From Takakia lepidozioides (taxonomy: Eukaryota; Plantae; Bryophyta): a stretch of DNA of 64,000 nucleotides. Position numbers and translations under genes: made by a program. This document shows positions 47,387 to 58,382 of the stretch, one piece after another. The stretch spans positions 20,832,001 to 20,896,000 of the forward strand of contig CM060732.1 in the NCBI GenBank assembly GCA_030704615.1, read 5' to 3'. Every line of letters begins with the position of its first letter. Position 1 is the first letter of the stretch. Below the pieces are notes generated by a model that was not told the DNA's origin, made no database searches, and worked only from the letters and a program-made list of their open reading frames with translations.

Positions 47387-47749
47387 AGGTTTCCTTCTTG
47401 CGAACCATTTTCTATCCATGGACTAAATGTTGAGGTTATTTCCAGTCTTTCATTTTAAGATATAAAAATTTCTTTACGCTTCTTTCCCTTCATGTTTACG
47501 TTGGGTGATCCTTCCTGTCTTCTTTTTATGTTGCAATGAACCTCGAGTGGGCAGTGGACGTTCATCTATTTTCTTTCTGCCATGTTGGACTCTGCACTGC
47601 TGTACATTCTGTTCATCTACATATATTCATGACATGGGGGATTCTGGCTTACAAAACAGACAATGCACCCAAAAAAAAAATGCTGGCACAACATTTGGAT
47701 TCTTTCTTTTCCAATCCGGTCTAAATGTTTTTTTGCAATGTCTCGTTCT

Positions 47750-48720
47750 AGTGAGTGTGAGTCTTCTATATTTGTTTGTCCATTTATACCTTTACCATCA
47801 CCTCTAAATCCTTACCCTTCGTTTTACCCTTCCCTTAACTCTTCCATAGGCTTAAGCCGGACACTTAGTACCCTAAACTATTACTCTTATCATATACCAA
47901 AAACCTTTGTGTACTCCCATAAATCCAAACCCTAAACCCTTACCCTGGCCTTAATCCTTATCCTAAGATTAAGCCTGACACTTATTACCTTAAACCATTA
48001 CTCTTACCATATACTAAAAACCAGGTTAGTGTACTACCCTACTTACACTCCAAACCAAGTTATTGTACTACCATGTGTGAGTATTCTATATTTGTTTGTC
48101 CCTTTGAACTACCCTAAATCCAAACCCTAAATCCTTACCCATTCCTTTAATACCCTGGCCTTAATCCTTACCCTAAGCTTAAGCCTGACACTTACTACCC
48201 TAAACCATTAGTACTCTTACCATATACCAAAAACCAGGTTAGTGTACTACCATACTTACACTCCAAACCAAGTTATTGTACTACCATGTGTGAGTCTTCC
48301 ATATTTGTTTGTCCCTTTCTACCCTAAATCCAAACCCTAAACCCTTACCCTTCCCTTTACCCTTCCCTTAATAATCCTTACCCCAAGCTTAAGCGTGACC
48401 CTTAGCACCCTAAACCATTACTTTTACCATATACCCAAAACCTTAGTGTAGTACCCTACTTATAATAAACTCCAAACCTTATTGTACTACCATGTTACCT
48501 CTTGTAAAATTTGTATCATTCTCTGAATGTTTTCTTTAATTTTCAAGTTGGATAACGTATGATAGAATGATTACATGGATATCAAAAACCCCTTACATTT
48601 TTACATTCTACAGAGGTTTAGAGTCGTCCATATTTGTTTCTCTCTTTCTAACCTAAACCCTTTAAAACCCTAAACCCTTCTCCGAGTCACCACAAACTTG
48701 GACCTTATTGCACTTAATAT
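47750..48720. repeat. Tandem 120-215-bp units rich in telomere-like CCCTAAA/CCCTTA motifs
   Basis: The unit marker GTGTGAGTCTTCTATATTTGTTTGTCC recurs at about 47755, 48075 and 48288, with AAACCCTAAACCCTTACCC blocks. Confidence 0.8.
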
Positions 48721-51700
48721 ATCTAGTTACACCCCAAACCTTATTTTACTGCCCTAGTAGGTCATCTTCCTAATGTTCAAGCTATTTTAATATTTTACTG
48801 CCCTTCTCACACCCAAAACATCATTCCAATGGCATTGTCTATGAATATTGTGCTTGTCAACATGAAGATTCAATCAAAATTACTATCAACTTATATCAAG
48901 TATGGTAGAGTACTATGAGTCTATCCCATGTTCGATTCCACACATTTGTTTATCGTGATTGTAACATAATGTAATATTACATCATTCGACTTCCCAGTCG
49001 ACGTTCAATGAATTGTTGAGTTACACTGCAACTTCACAAGCACTTCAATGTCAAATGGACATCTTATATGTCACATTTTGAAGCAAGTATGACATCACTT
49101 GTAATTTCACAAAGTTCAATCACACATTACTATCCAAGATATTATTAACAAATTTTGAATTAATTTTAATTCAAATACATATTAAGTTGGGTCCGGATTT
49201 AAGCCAAAAGTCCATAATTAGTTAAAATAGGGTTGACCCTCAATACCAGTCCAACACTAGATAAAATCCATTGATTACACTTAATGTAAATATTATATAA
49301 GGTAATAATTTATTATTTTAATAGGCAGGCTGCGTGGAAACACTTTTAAGGGCCTGCTATGGGGCCATGCCCTACATGGCCCGCATTTAAGGCCCGCACT
49401 TCCCTCGCTTGATACCCCACGCCCTACAATTTATTTTATTTTTATTTTATTTTTACAGAACAAGGGTTGTGGCCCTGGAGATTTTATTGAAATGGTAAGG
49501 AAAAAATAACCTTACATAGGGAGCCATAAGGCATATGAATGAGGTTCCACTCCGAGCCCCCTACAATAAATTTAAATAATATATGTGTACACCCATAACG
49601 GGCATTTTATTTTTCACCAATCCCACGTGTCCTTCCCAACTCCATCTCCCATCTCTCCATGATTGATTTCAAGTCCAAAAAGATAATGAAGTCAAGGTCA
49701 AAGACATGGATTCATTTGTAAATGAACGAGCAAAATTAGGGGAATGAGCTCAGAGCGATGACAGAGAGGCGCTCAACGGTCATGTGCCCCGTCTCTCTCG
49801 CATCTCTCCCCGGCCCTCTCGAGCTGCAGTAGGATCGAAGAGGTCGCCAGGAAGCTAGAGCGTTAGCCAACACTCCTCCATGCCTTCACAACTATGTGGG
49901 GGATGCAGGGGGTCATTTGTAGCTGCGATTATGATCTCTCATGTGTTTGGGCGGACAAAGTTCCTTTGTGCTGGCAGGGTTTCAGGTCCGGCCTCTTCAG
50001 CATCTCCAGAGTTTGATCGTTCTGATGTCAATTGGAAGCATGTCAAGGCTTCCTCCGCAGCCAAGCTTCACTTCCATAGATAGATCTTTTTGCTCTGCCT
50101 CCAGCCTCTGTTCCTGTTAACCTCTACCCCCCTCACCATCACTTCTTAGTCTCCCCCTCTCTCTAGCCCCTTCATTCTCTAATTCTTTCTTCTCCGCCCT
50201 TACTTTACTAACTTCTTTTCGATTGTATTAAGTTTATCGTTCTGGCCTATGGCTCCTGTATTGGGCTCAATTATCATGACCCCCAGGGTGGGCCTACATG
50301 GATCCTCCATGTGAACAGCCTTATGGCAACCTTCGAGCACCCCAAAGGGTTTTAATTTTTTTCCCTTCAATAATCATAATAAAGCTCCAAAGGGCTTTCT
50401 CCCCTTTCCCCCTAAAAGAAAAGAAAAGAAAAAGAAAAAACATATAGAGGGACAAGTTCGTCCCTGGACCTTTTAGGGAGAGGGGGGAAATATGGCGCGT
50501 CCCGCCAAGTGAATGGCGTTGGTGGGTCTGCGCTGGGGAGCGCCGCTGGCCGTGGGCCGCACCAACAGTGGTCGGCGCGTTCATTTGGGGGTGCGGTGGA
50601 GATGCTCTTAATTATGAGGTTGTGAAAACTATTGCATCTCTGTCAACTATAGAGAAAGAGTTTGATTCTATGCAGCTTAGAGATACTCATCAGACCACCA
50701 TTGGCTCTTATATATTTTCGCCCTCAATATGAATGACTAGAGCAGCATTTTTTTTAAGACATTTGGAAAACAGCACGAGTAGCTACAAAGTTTTGCAATA
50801 GTCTTACATTCTGTTCATCCACTTAAATTCATTCACTTCTGACCTTTAATCCATTTTTATCAGCCATATTTGGCGAATTCATCCATAATTTATATTTTGT
50901 TTGGAGAAGTTTGGCAATTTCATCCATGAAAAACCAGGGAATTTGCGACAAAATATTTTATTTTATTTTTTGAGGTCAAAATTCGTCAATAAAAAAGCGT
51001 TGGACTGGAAATACTGAAGAAATATTGTATAACTGTTAATTTAGTGATTCTGGCCCTCCTTAAATGTTATATTTTATGTGTAGTCATGATGTGACTTTTG
51101 ATGTGATGCTGACATATTTAGTCCCTAGAAAGTCATTTTCTGCAACCTTACTAGGATTGTAGACATCTTGGATTTTATCTAATGAACATGACGATTCCCC
51201 GTTCAGCTTGACTAAACTTCATCTTGTCCTTGATAATTTTGATGCGCTAGAAGCAATCGAAATCTCCAGTCAATACGGAATCGAGGAGTTGATGAATCCA
51301 TCTTGCTCTTTCAGGTTTGACATAATTCATCTTGATCCTTGCTAATCAAAAACACAATGCTAGGATGGTTTTAAAGTACATATTCCCAACCTTTCATGCA
51401 TAATAAAAGATTGAGAAAAACTCACATCTAATAGATATCCTCATGGTTATGACGAATGTTGGGTGGTTACTAGGTTTTCAAGGTATGAAAACCAGGTTAT
51501 CAATATATTGATAACCAAAACTGACAAATTAAAAAAAAAAATGTGAATGAAGGCGCCAAGCCTAATATATGATAATGAAGCATTTTGGCACCGTCTCCCT
51601 ATGTACAGAGTTGTAGCTAGCTCCAACAAAGTATTTTCATCCCAATAACTATGTCAACTCCATATTTTATTTGTAGCTTTTTGGCTATTTTTTGCCTAAA

Positions 51701-51941
51701 GAAAAGGGTTGTTGTTATGTGGTTTTTGATAACCGGGCTACATGGATAACCACGGATTATAAGATGATAAAGAACCGGATAGAGAACCAGATAAGGGGCC
51801 GGAGGCAGTGTTTGGCGTTATTAAAAATATCCGCGCAAACTAGCGTTGGCCCGCCTGTTGGAGTGGACGCGTTGGAGATGCTCTAAGGCTGTTGCTCAAT
51901 GTACTGTCGGACACTAGCTATGGCCATTTTGGCATCTTTAA

Positions 51942-52374
51942 GGGCCAACTTCCATGTATCGGCCGTCCCGGCCAAGTTACCAAAGTTGGACGACGTTAGT
52001 GAAGCATGGCTGATTGGTGGCATCGATGGTTGCTTTCATGTGCATAGGGTTCAAAAGCAATATGGAAGTAGGTCTGCCTGGCTCTCCAAGGTCCGGACAA
52101 TTGAGCCGGTCACTTGGCAAAGGGTGGATCTCATGGGTGGCGGGTCCCCACAAAGATGACCAGCAGGTAGAAGAGACATGGTAACCTAGTACAACAGGTC
52201 AAAAGCGATTACCGATTATCGGCCATGAATTCAGGCGCCAAATTCCTAGGAATTGCACTCACCAATGTTGGTCACTGATATCGGGGTGTCGGCAAAAATT
52301 AACACATGGAAGCAAGGTGTCATTTTTGTTATCTAGTGCAATCTTGGCGGACGGCGATACGTGGAAGTTGGCCC
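51942..52374. mobile_element. PIF/Harbinger MITE (433 bp)
   Basis: TAA|GGGCCAACTTCCATGTATCG ... CGATACGTGGAAGTTGGCCC|TAA. Confidence 0.85.
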
Positions 52375-52608
52375 TAAATGTGACTCGGGTTGGGATGTCA
52401 ACAGTAGATACTTCTTCTTTATCTTCACGAGCATCTTCAGGCCCATCAATATGAGATGTTTGAGGACCCACTCCATCTCAAAAGCATCTACACCATCTAT
52501 GCTGAAGCAAAATATGAGATGAATGGGGTCTCGTGCCAGCGTCATTCCACTAAGTATTGTCTAATCCTCATGTGATTGGTGGGGATAGGGAAGGAAATCT
52601 TATCTTAA

Positions 52609-53413
52609 CCCTTAAAGGACAAGCTATTTTTTGGTGGGCCCATTAAAAAAAGGTGCATACCCTTATGGACGAGGGCGTAACTTCTTACCCCAAATCATCC
52701 ATGGGGATGAACCTTATACTTATGTGCATATCTACTAGATCCATGTCCTATCAAAAATATAGGAAAATTGACCGTTGCATTCGGGAGATTATAACAAACT
52801 AATATGCCCCAATTTGTAAATATATTCAAAAATTACATTGAAAACATTTTTTGACCACAAAATTGAAGTATCGAGTTGAATCTTTCTAGACAAAGGCCCT
52901 CCATAATCTGATTATATGGCACCTAAACTACTGCCTCCCCAAAAAATCAGACCAAAATTCCAAAAATTCAGATAGGCTGCTATGTATGTGAAATCTGGGG
53001 GGTAAGTTATCTTGTTTTGGCTTCTTTCCCAAGTACACCCATGAGGTGACATTTGTTTTCCAATTCCTCTGGTAAGCAAGTGCACAATAACATTTCATGG
53101 TGCCTTGTCCAAATTTTTTGGCATTATGATAAATTTTCAGCCCTAGATGTTATCTTGAAGATTGCCCATTTGGTTGCCACGTAGGCAGGTCAATGGTGCT
53201 CTAACACTGGACTTCCTGAACCCCTGGCACTTTGCAAAATTCTAGGGAGCAGACCTTTTATGATTTTTTGGGGCTGTAAATTCCGACAGGTGCTCCTCTC
53301 TGACATCTACAATTCATTTTTAAGGTTCACTTCCATCCACTATCATCCATGGGAACTGGAGCATGGCAAGTAATCTGACGCGACCCAATTCCGGTCGCGA
53401 TGTCCTTTAGGGG
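52609..53413. mobile_element. Second piggyBac-like non-autonomous element (805 bp), TTAA TSD
   Basis: TTAA|CCCTTAAAGGACA ... TGTCCTTTAGGGG|TTAA; 13-bp TIR with 1 mismatch. Confidence 0.7.
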
Positions 53414-53498
53414 TTAAGCTAGCTGGAGCTAATCTTAACCAAGCTTGAGCTTATCGTGTTTGTTTACCGCGCCACTACTGGTCATGCTCTAACACTTA

Positions 53499-56002
53499 GG
53501 CCCCGACCGCACTGGCCGATTTAACCGTGGCTAAGTGGAGTTTAGCCACGGCTATCTTTATTTTGATGCCGCACTACAGAGTTTAGCCATCGCTAAATCT
53601 TAGCCATAGTTAAGATTGGCTAACTACCCCGCCCGTTCGCCCCGCCTTTTAACCCCCCCTCCCCCCCCCACGTATTAAAGTTAGCCCGCTCGGGCAGGGG
53701 GAGGAAATGATTAGACCTCCCAGTTGTACCGCCTCCTTGCTCAGCTCTTCAGCTCGTCTTCTCCTCGCTTCTTGGGCAACAGAGGGGAGTATGAGAACCA
53801 GCTTGGACGGACTGCGAGGGTAGATGGGTGGCCAGTAACTGCAAAGCTCGCAGAGGAAGAAGCTGCAAGCACGCTCTGCCGAGGCTCTCCCACAACGAGC
53901 CGCGGTCGGATGATTCATGGATTTATGTACAGCCACCAGGCTAGGTTAATTCATCCCTGCACAAAATCTTCTCTAGAGCAGATATGGTTCTCTTGCACCT
54001 TGGACTAGATCTAGAGCGAATCTTTAGATTTCAAGTGCGTCAACAGTCCCGTCAGGTGCGTGCGTCAACAGTGGATCGTGACTCATAACAGGTCTTATCA
54101 AATGTGGAAGAAAGCTTCGAGCTCCCCGCAGGCTTGGTTCATCTTCTAGTGGAATATACTAATGTCCAGAACGAACAGTTGCGAGGACATGTGCAACCTG
54201 GCAGTTCTGGGTATATCATGTATCTGGAAAAGCAGTACAACTCTCCAGTGACAACATTTTGTCAAATGTTAAATTTCTTTGGCACCTGGAAAAGAATTCT
54301 GATTCAATTAGTGTGGTCATGGATCCCTTGCTTTGGGGGTGATTGCCTGAGGAGCTGTTTGCTTAGAACTGTTGAGCTTGTTTCAATTTTGATGTTTTTG
54401 GCTGACGATGTCATCGCAGAAAATTCTATATGTGTGTGATTGCAATGATCATCTAGTCTATAATAAATCTCTGGTCTACACTACTACAACCCAAATTGAG
54501 ATGGTGGCAGCCAGCGGCTGAGGATAATCTGGTTGCTGGGAATGGAGGGTTGTTGTAGGCAATTGATTCAGCCTTCAGTACTTTAAAAGGATGTGGCAAG
54601 CGTGGCCAGAGGGAAAGGAGAAAAAGATCTATGATGTACTCATGAACGATCCCCTGCATATGTTGACATGCACTGAGAATTCCCCAACATACAATGCCAT
54701 TTGACTTCAAAAGAAAGGGGGAGATACAGAGACAGAGGTACAGACCGAGCTCATAATAGAAGTCCCCAATTCCCAACAGCTCAGCCCAGAACCATTAGCC
54801 CAGAACTTATCTCCTCCTTTCCACATGACAAAAAGTTGCCACATTTTCAGCCCCTATCATGCTATGGAAAAGAATGAACACAGAAAGAAGGTGTGGCACA
54901 TCTCAGGTGGATTCCAACATGCAGGGGCTCGAAAAGAATGGGTCTCCCGACGAGCAGAATTCCTTCAATCTGCTTGGCCACTAACCATTGCTTAGGCCCC
55001 GACAAAAATACAGAAAGTATTTTGAACACGGATATTGAGGTCGTACTTGAGGGAAGGCTAGCTGCAGCAGTAGCAAAAGCTGTATTTTACCTCTCCAGCT
55101 TTGTATGCATAATTTTTATTCAGTTTCTCTTGTTGGCTCCAGTGTAATGTATATGATGTACAAATTTCCTAGTGGTATTGTCCAGAGCCCTGCCACTTGT
55201 CAGTCAAGGTCCACTTGTGCTTGTGGCTACCTCAAGTTACTGTCCATATCGTATGGGGTCAAGGGGTCATTGTGCCAAGGCTTCTACAGCATCACTTCGC
55301 TCTTTCCACCTTCCCTATTTGCCTTGATGTGTGAGTGGTCCAAAACATACCTCAAGCAGGTTCAGACCCATAAGCATAGCCATACAGGACACGCCGATGG
55401 TAAGGCCCTGCCCAATTTGATAGTTGAGCACATGTTCGAAACCAGAGAGGTTTAACCCAAAATCTGATGTTTGGGGGCTCAAATTTCTACAGAGTCGCTA
55501 GACCCTGTACAACATCAGGTCACAATCCGGAATTCAAGCACATCTTAAATTGGCATGGGACCCAGCAACGCTGAGTACATTGACTCCGAGATGTCCATGA
55601 TCTCAAGGCATAAAAACAGAATGGAGTACAGTTTCAAACTACGAATAAACTACATCTCCACCACATCATACAGTTCCAGACCCACCTCCGGCGTGCAGTT
55701 CTTTCACACCATACATCCCACCCTTCAGTGCCGCCACCTCCCATAGACATTGTTTGCTGGGCTCACCAAGAACTTCGAGCTTCGCAGCTATGGCGGAAAT
55801 ACGGATGCAGACTGTCAGCGGGAGCGCAGGCCGGGCAGCGCGGACATGTTGGCGGGCAGCGAGGATGCTAACAGCCCTCAACCCTGGCTTATTTTAGCCA
55901 TAAGTGCGGCCGCTCTCTAACCCTGGCTAACTAACCTTTGCTTAACAGTGGCTACCTACCCATTGCTAGCAGTGGCTAGTTAGCCACCAGTGCGGCCGGG
56001 GC
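53499..56002. mobile_element. PIF/Harbinger-like element (~2.5 kb), decayed
   Basis: TTA|GGCCCCGACCGCACTGG ... CCAGTGCGGCCGGGGC|TTA, with GGCTAA/TTAGCC subterminal repeats at both ends and a weak AIDSAFSTLKG transposase-like remnant at ~54560. Confidence 0.75.
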
Positions 56003-56845
56003 TTATAAAGGTAACATTTAGACAGGGTGGACTAGTCTGTTTGACTTTGCAGCTCGTCAGTTTCACTTTATGAGGATTCGCGGCATAACTCATTAGTTTG
56101 ACTCTCTGAGGATCCGCAGCCTCTGATTGGCTCTAGGGGCCATAAAGACCCGGCCAGGATTTTTTAGTTAGAGAGGATTTTCCCCGGGTGAGCATGGAAC
56201 CTTTTCCGCCCGGCTCGCCCCTGGCTAGGCAGCGTACCCCGCAGATTCGCCAGCGGCTTGCCCATTCCTTAGTACATAAATCCACACAGACTTCAAAGTC
56301 AGTTCAAATCAGAGTGCGCTCTGATTTCAGACGAACTGCGATGGGGACTATAGAAGATGACGCCCAATCAGATGGATTCGGCAAAGTCAGGAAACCAGCT
56401 GTAAGGGAGCTGACGAGCGACCACCATGTGGAGCTACACGCAAATGGCTCTCTTCCAATTAAGTTGGTACTTCCACTTGAATTAGAGCTGCAGGCGACGG
56501 AGGGGAGCTTTGTGATGCCATCCAGAAGGGCGTGGAATGATCCTTCAACAGAAAACTTCGATCCTGAAGAGTTCCTAGAGGAGCTTACAAAGGACGTAAG
56601 ACTGATCCAGCGAGAGAAACTGCGAGAAATTGTTGTGCACACAATGCGGATGTGGAGTATCTGCGACGCCACGGTCTAGATGGCAACACTGACGTGGAAA
56701 GCTTCAAGAAGCACGTGCCAATTGTGAGCTATGAAGACCTGGAGACAGACTCCTTCGTTTGGAGAACGGGGAGGCCACTCACATCTTTTCCGTCGACCCA
56801 ATATCCCACTTTTCTCTCAGGCAAATTCCCTAGAGCTCAAGTTTC

Positions 56846-57322
56846 TTGCTTTCTTAGTTCTCATGATGATAGAATCTTGCGGCCTAATTACCTATCTGCA
56901 CCTTCATCTCCCTCTCTTCTGAGGGCATTGGGGCGGTTCAGGGTGGGCTCCCATCTCGCAGTAAAGAGGGCAGTAAAAGAAGAAGTGTTCTTCAGATTTG
57001 ATACAACGGTTGGCCCTGGTGCATGCCGGGCATAGATGGTCTTCGTTTTCACACCTACCAGTCTCTATCCGTAAATAGTCCATGGGAGATTCCGCTGTCT
57101 GTTCCGTGAAACCCAATCTGTCACAGAAGTCCTCCATTATGAGGATCAGCAATGCTTGGCAGCCTATCTGCGCGAAGCTTTGACCCTTAATAGGCAATCC
57201 CTTGAGCGGTAGTTGCTTTTGGGCTGCTTCCGGCTTCACTCTAGTCGTCTTAAATTGTTTTCTTTCTTGTTTCTTGTTTCCTTTTGTCCCATAAGCTCTT
57301 TGAGCTTATTTCATTTCATTTC
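56846..57322 (+). mobile_element. Duplicated copy of the intronic LINE with the same 125-bp inversion (56954-57078)
   Basis: Colinear with 29455-29962; small deletion before the TTTCA tail. Confidence 0.85.
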
Positions 57323-58382
57323 TTAAACCCTTCTCTCTGTCTATTTAGCTAGATCTTACGGCACAGCCAGACTGTACTGTGCATGCACGAACTTGTCCAA
57401 TTGATCCGACAATCACTTGAATCGGTGTATATACACGTGCATCAAAAGGAGCACGTGTTCACGAGTGTTCACTCGTGGTAATATCACGAAAAAGGACGTA
57501 CCGGAAACAAACTGGCATGCATATTGATACGTTGGTTTCAAATCCTCTGTAGTCTCGGCCTAGCCGCAAATGAAGACGTTCAAAAGTATTCTAGGTACAG
57601 CTAGACAAATTATATTTTGACATATTTTGATATGTTTTCAAGATTCAGCCACCCTCTCTCAGTCCGTCTTATAGTTCTTTCTTTTGATATGAGGAAAATG
57701 CAGCTCAGGAACCACGGCTGGGAAATCGAAATACATCCCAACGAACTTGTCCAAAGCGTTTGGAAGCTTTCCTTTTCTTGACGCACTGGGGGTTTCACTT
57801 GTTGAATGGGATGTTTTCTGCAACTCCAACACACTAGATCAGCTCTCTAGATCAGTGCCAGCTTTGTAGGATGTCACCGCTGCACCACCGCAGCTTCTAG
57901 CGGTGACTTAGGGCTCCTACAAATTAGCAATACTATCAGGCCACTGCAGCTCTATATATACCTTAGCTAGTATGGAGCGAACTCTCTCTCCAGATTGTTA
58001 TATGCAATTAGCCTCGTGATGCTTTTTGGCAAAAAGACACTTTCAAGGTTAATCTAGTTTTGTATGCAAAGTGTGCGTACCTTGATTGCACTAGTTATTC
58101 ACTGTTTGCTATGTAGAGTTTGTGTCATGTATGTCTCCTTTTCAATGAACTTGCAACCACTACATTTAACATGTTATGGGCCCAAGCTTCTAGCTGGGTG
58201 CTTTGTCTTGTTCTATTGTATTCTTTCTTTTTCTTGAGCTGACATTCTCTTTCATAGTTTTTGCCTTTTGCTTTCCTGTTGAGATCGAGTCTTCAAGCAC
58301 AGTCTGATAGAGCAGTCTCATAGTGCAGTAGGTGAATCGCTTAAGATATTTATAAAAAAAATGAATCTGAGAGAGCAACGCC

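Larger units (their letters stand above)
45386..49241 (+). mobile_element. Sola-like TIR DNA transposon nested in the hAT element
   Basis: Inverted repeat CTATTTTAACTAATTCTGGACTTTTG (~45400) / CAAAAGTCCATAATTAGTTAAAATAG (~49205). The right terminus is ...ACCCTC. The left boundary and TSD are unclear. Confidence 0.6.
42532..49259 (-). mobile_element. hAT element with decayed transposase, nested in the outer hAT
   Basis: TIR CAATGTTGGACTGGTAT / ATACCAGTCCAACACTA. GATAAAA flanks both sides (7 bp of an 8-bp TSD). Confidence 0.65.
42277..51805. mobile_element. Outer hAT-like element (left TIR CAGTGTTGGGC, GATAACC subterminal repeats); right terminus not found
   Basis: GATAACC/GGTTATC repeats at 42300-42520 and again at 51465-51795, interrupted by nested elements. 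Confidence 0.4.

Noticed and set aside
49300-50610. Possible further PIF/Harbinger elements
   Set aside because: Only single termini were seen; TIR pairs and TSDs could not be matched.
56010-56275. Possible Helitron 3' end explaining the GH3 duplication
   Set aside because: It ends TTAGT rather than CTAG/CTRR, and no clear subterminal hairpin or 5' TC end could be supported.
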